DNA from: Candidatus Zambryskibacteria bacterium RIFCSPHIGHO2_02_FULL_43_14
GTDB taxonomy: Bacteria; Patescibacteriota; Minisyncoccia; Phycocordibacterales; Zambryskibacteraceae
Length of the DNA: 46,290 nucleotides
Direction of reading: 5' to 3'
NCBI GenBank assembly: GCA_001825315.1
Contig: MHVR01000015.1
Location: 1-46,290 of the forward strand
The notes beneath the pieces were generated by a model, which was not told where the DNA came from, ran no database searches, and saw only the letters and a program-made list of their open reading frames with translations. This document shows, piece after piece, positions 46,018 through 46,290 of this stretch. The translations under genes were made by a program, and so were the position numbers. How positions within the stretch are numbered: the stretch's first letter is position 1; each line of letters starts with the position of its first letter.

Positions 46018-46290
46018 TTCTTAATTCTTGTGCTAGCATTTAGTAAATGAATCCCGTTAGAAGCCGTGGCTTGGCTCTTGTGTGCATTTCCATCTTTTCC
46101 ACTTCCGCAGTTCTATACACAAGCCACTAAGAAAAATTTTTGTTCAAAAGCATGATTCCAATATCATTCTGGTGTCTTTATTGTACCAAGCTCGAACCTA
46201 TTTCCAAAACCAATGATTCGGAGAAAGCCCCACGCACTGGCGAGTACGCCAGCAACCCCGAAAGAAAAAACACTCCTTGCATTTCTGATT

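Noticed and set aside
45716-46039. A 107-aa minus-strand ORF, plus other long antisense ORFs (for example 34703..35101 and 43383..43694).
   Set aside because: They lie antisense to better-supported genes or in GC-rich DNA where open frames arise by chance. They have no start context or recognisable motifs.
46164-46290. A possible partial minus-strand gene at the right edge.
   Set aside because: All three minus-strand frames are open for 30-41 codons. One is hydrophobic (VFSFGVAGVLASAWGFLRIIGF) and one is Cys-rich. I cannot choose a frame from so little sequence.

Overview
This 46.3-kb window comes from a moderately AT-rich bacterial genome. It uses standard stop codons: the ATGA and TAATG gene overlaps end on TGA or TAA. 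Most genes have no visible Shine-Dalgarno (SD) sequence. The gene content is a secretin-less type IV pilus locus, gatCA, ligA, recG, an isolated purD and many secreted beta-helix proteins. I read this as a small-genome, monoderm, CPR/Parcubacteria-like organism, but that is inference only. All protein calls rest on motifs I recognise by eye; no searches were run.

**Positions 1-16310.** Eleven tightly packed minus-strand genes. Nine encode secreted proteins that all carry the same roughly 50-aa dockerin-type double Ca-loop module. They comprise six parallel beta-helix proteins, an SGNH esterase with a lectin-like domain, a PQQ-type sugar dehydrogenase that also ends in a Hint domain, and one unknown protein. 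Two encode small hydrophobic-anchored proteins with a single cohesin-like domain. This looks like a minimal non-cellulolytic cohesin-dockerin surface-display locus and is my top candidate for a novel system.

**Positions 16.4-23.2 kb.** A divergent ECF-type sigma factor with a coupled membrane protein, an 888-aa secreted beta-helix/PKD protein, five tRNAs, a truncated Nudix gene, and two type II toxin-antitoxin pairs (HTH-Doc and RHH-RelE/ParE).

**Positions 23.2-28 kb.** gatCA and ligA, separated by a GC-rich insert.

**Positions 28-39.7 kb.** A complete secretin-less type IV pilus locus: four minor pilins, pilD, three tandem pilins, pilC, pilT, an orphan receiver, pilB, and pilP/O/N-like genes plus pilM.

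**Positions 39.7 kb to the end.** comF, tRNA-Ser, purD and recG. recG carries two in-frame palindromic mini-insertions. Two further GC-rich orphan cassettes with strong SDs also lie here.
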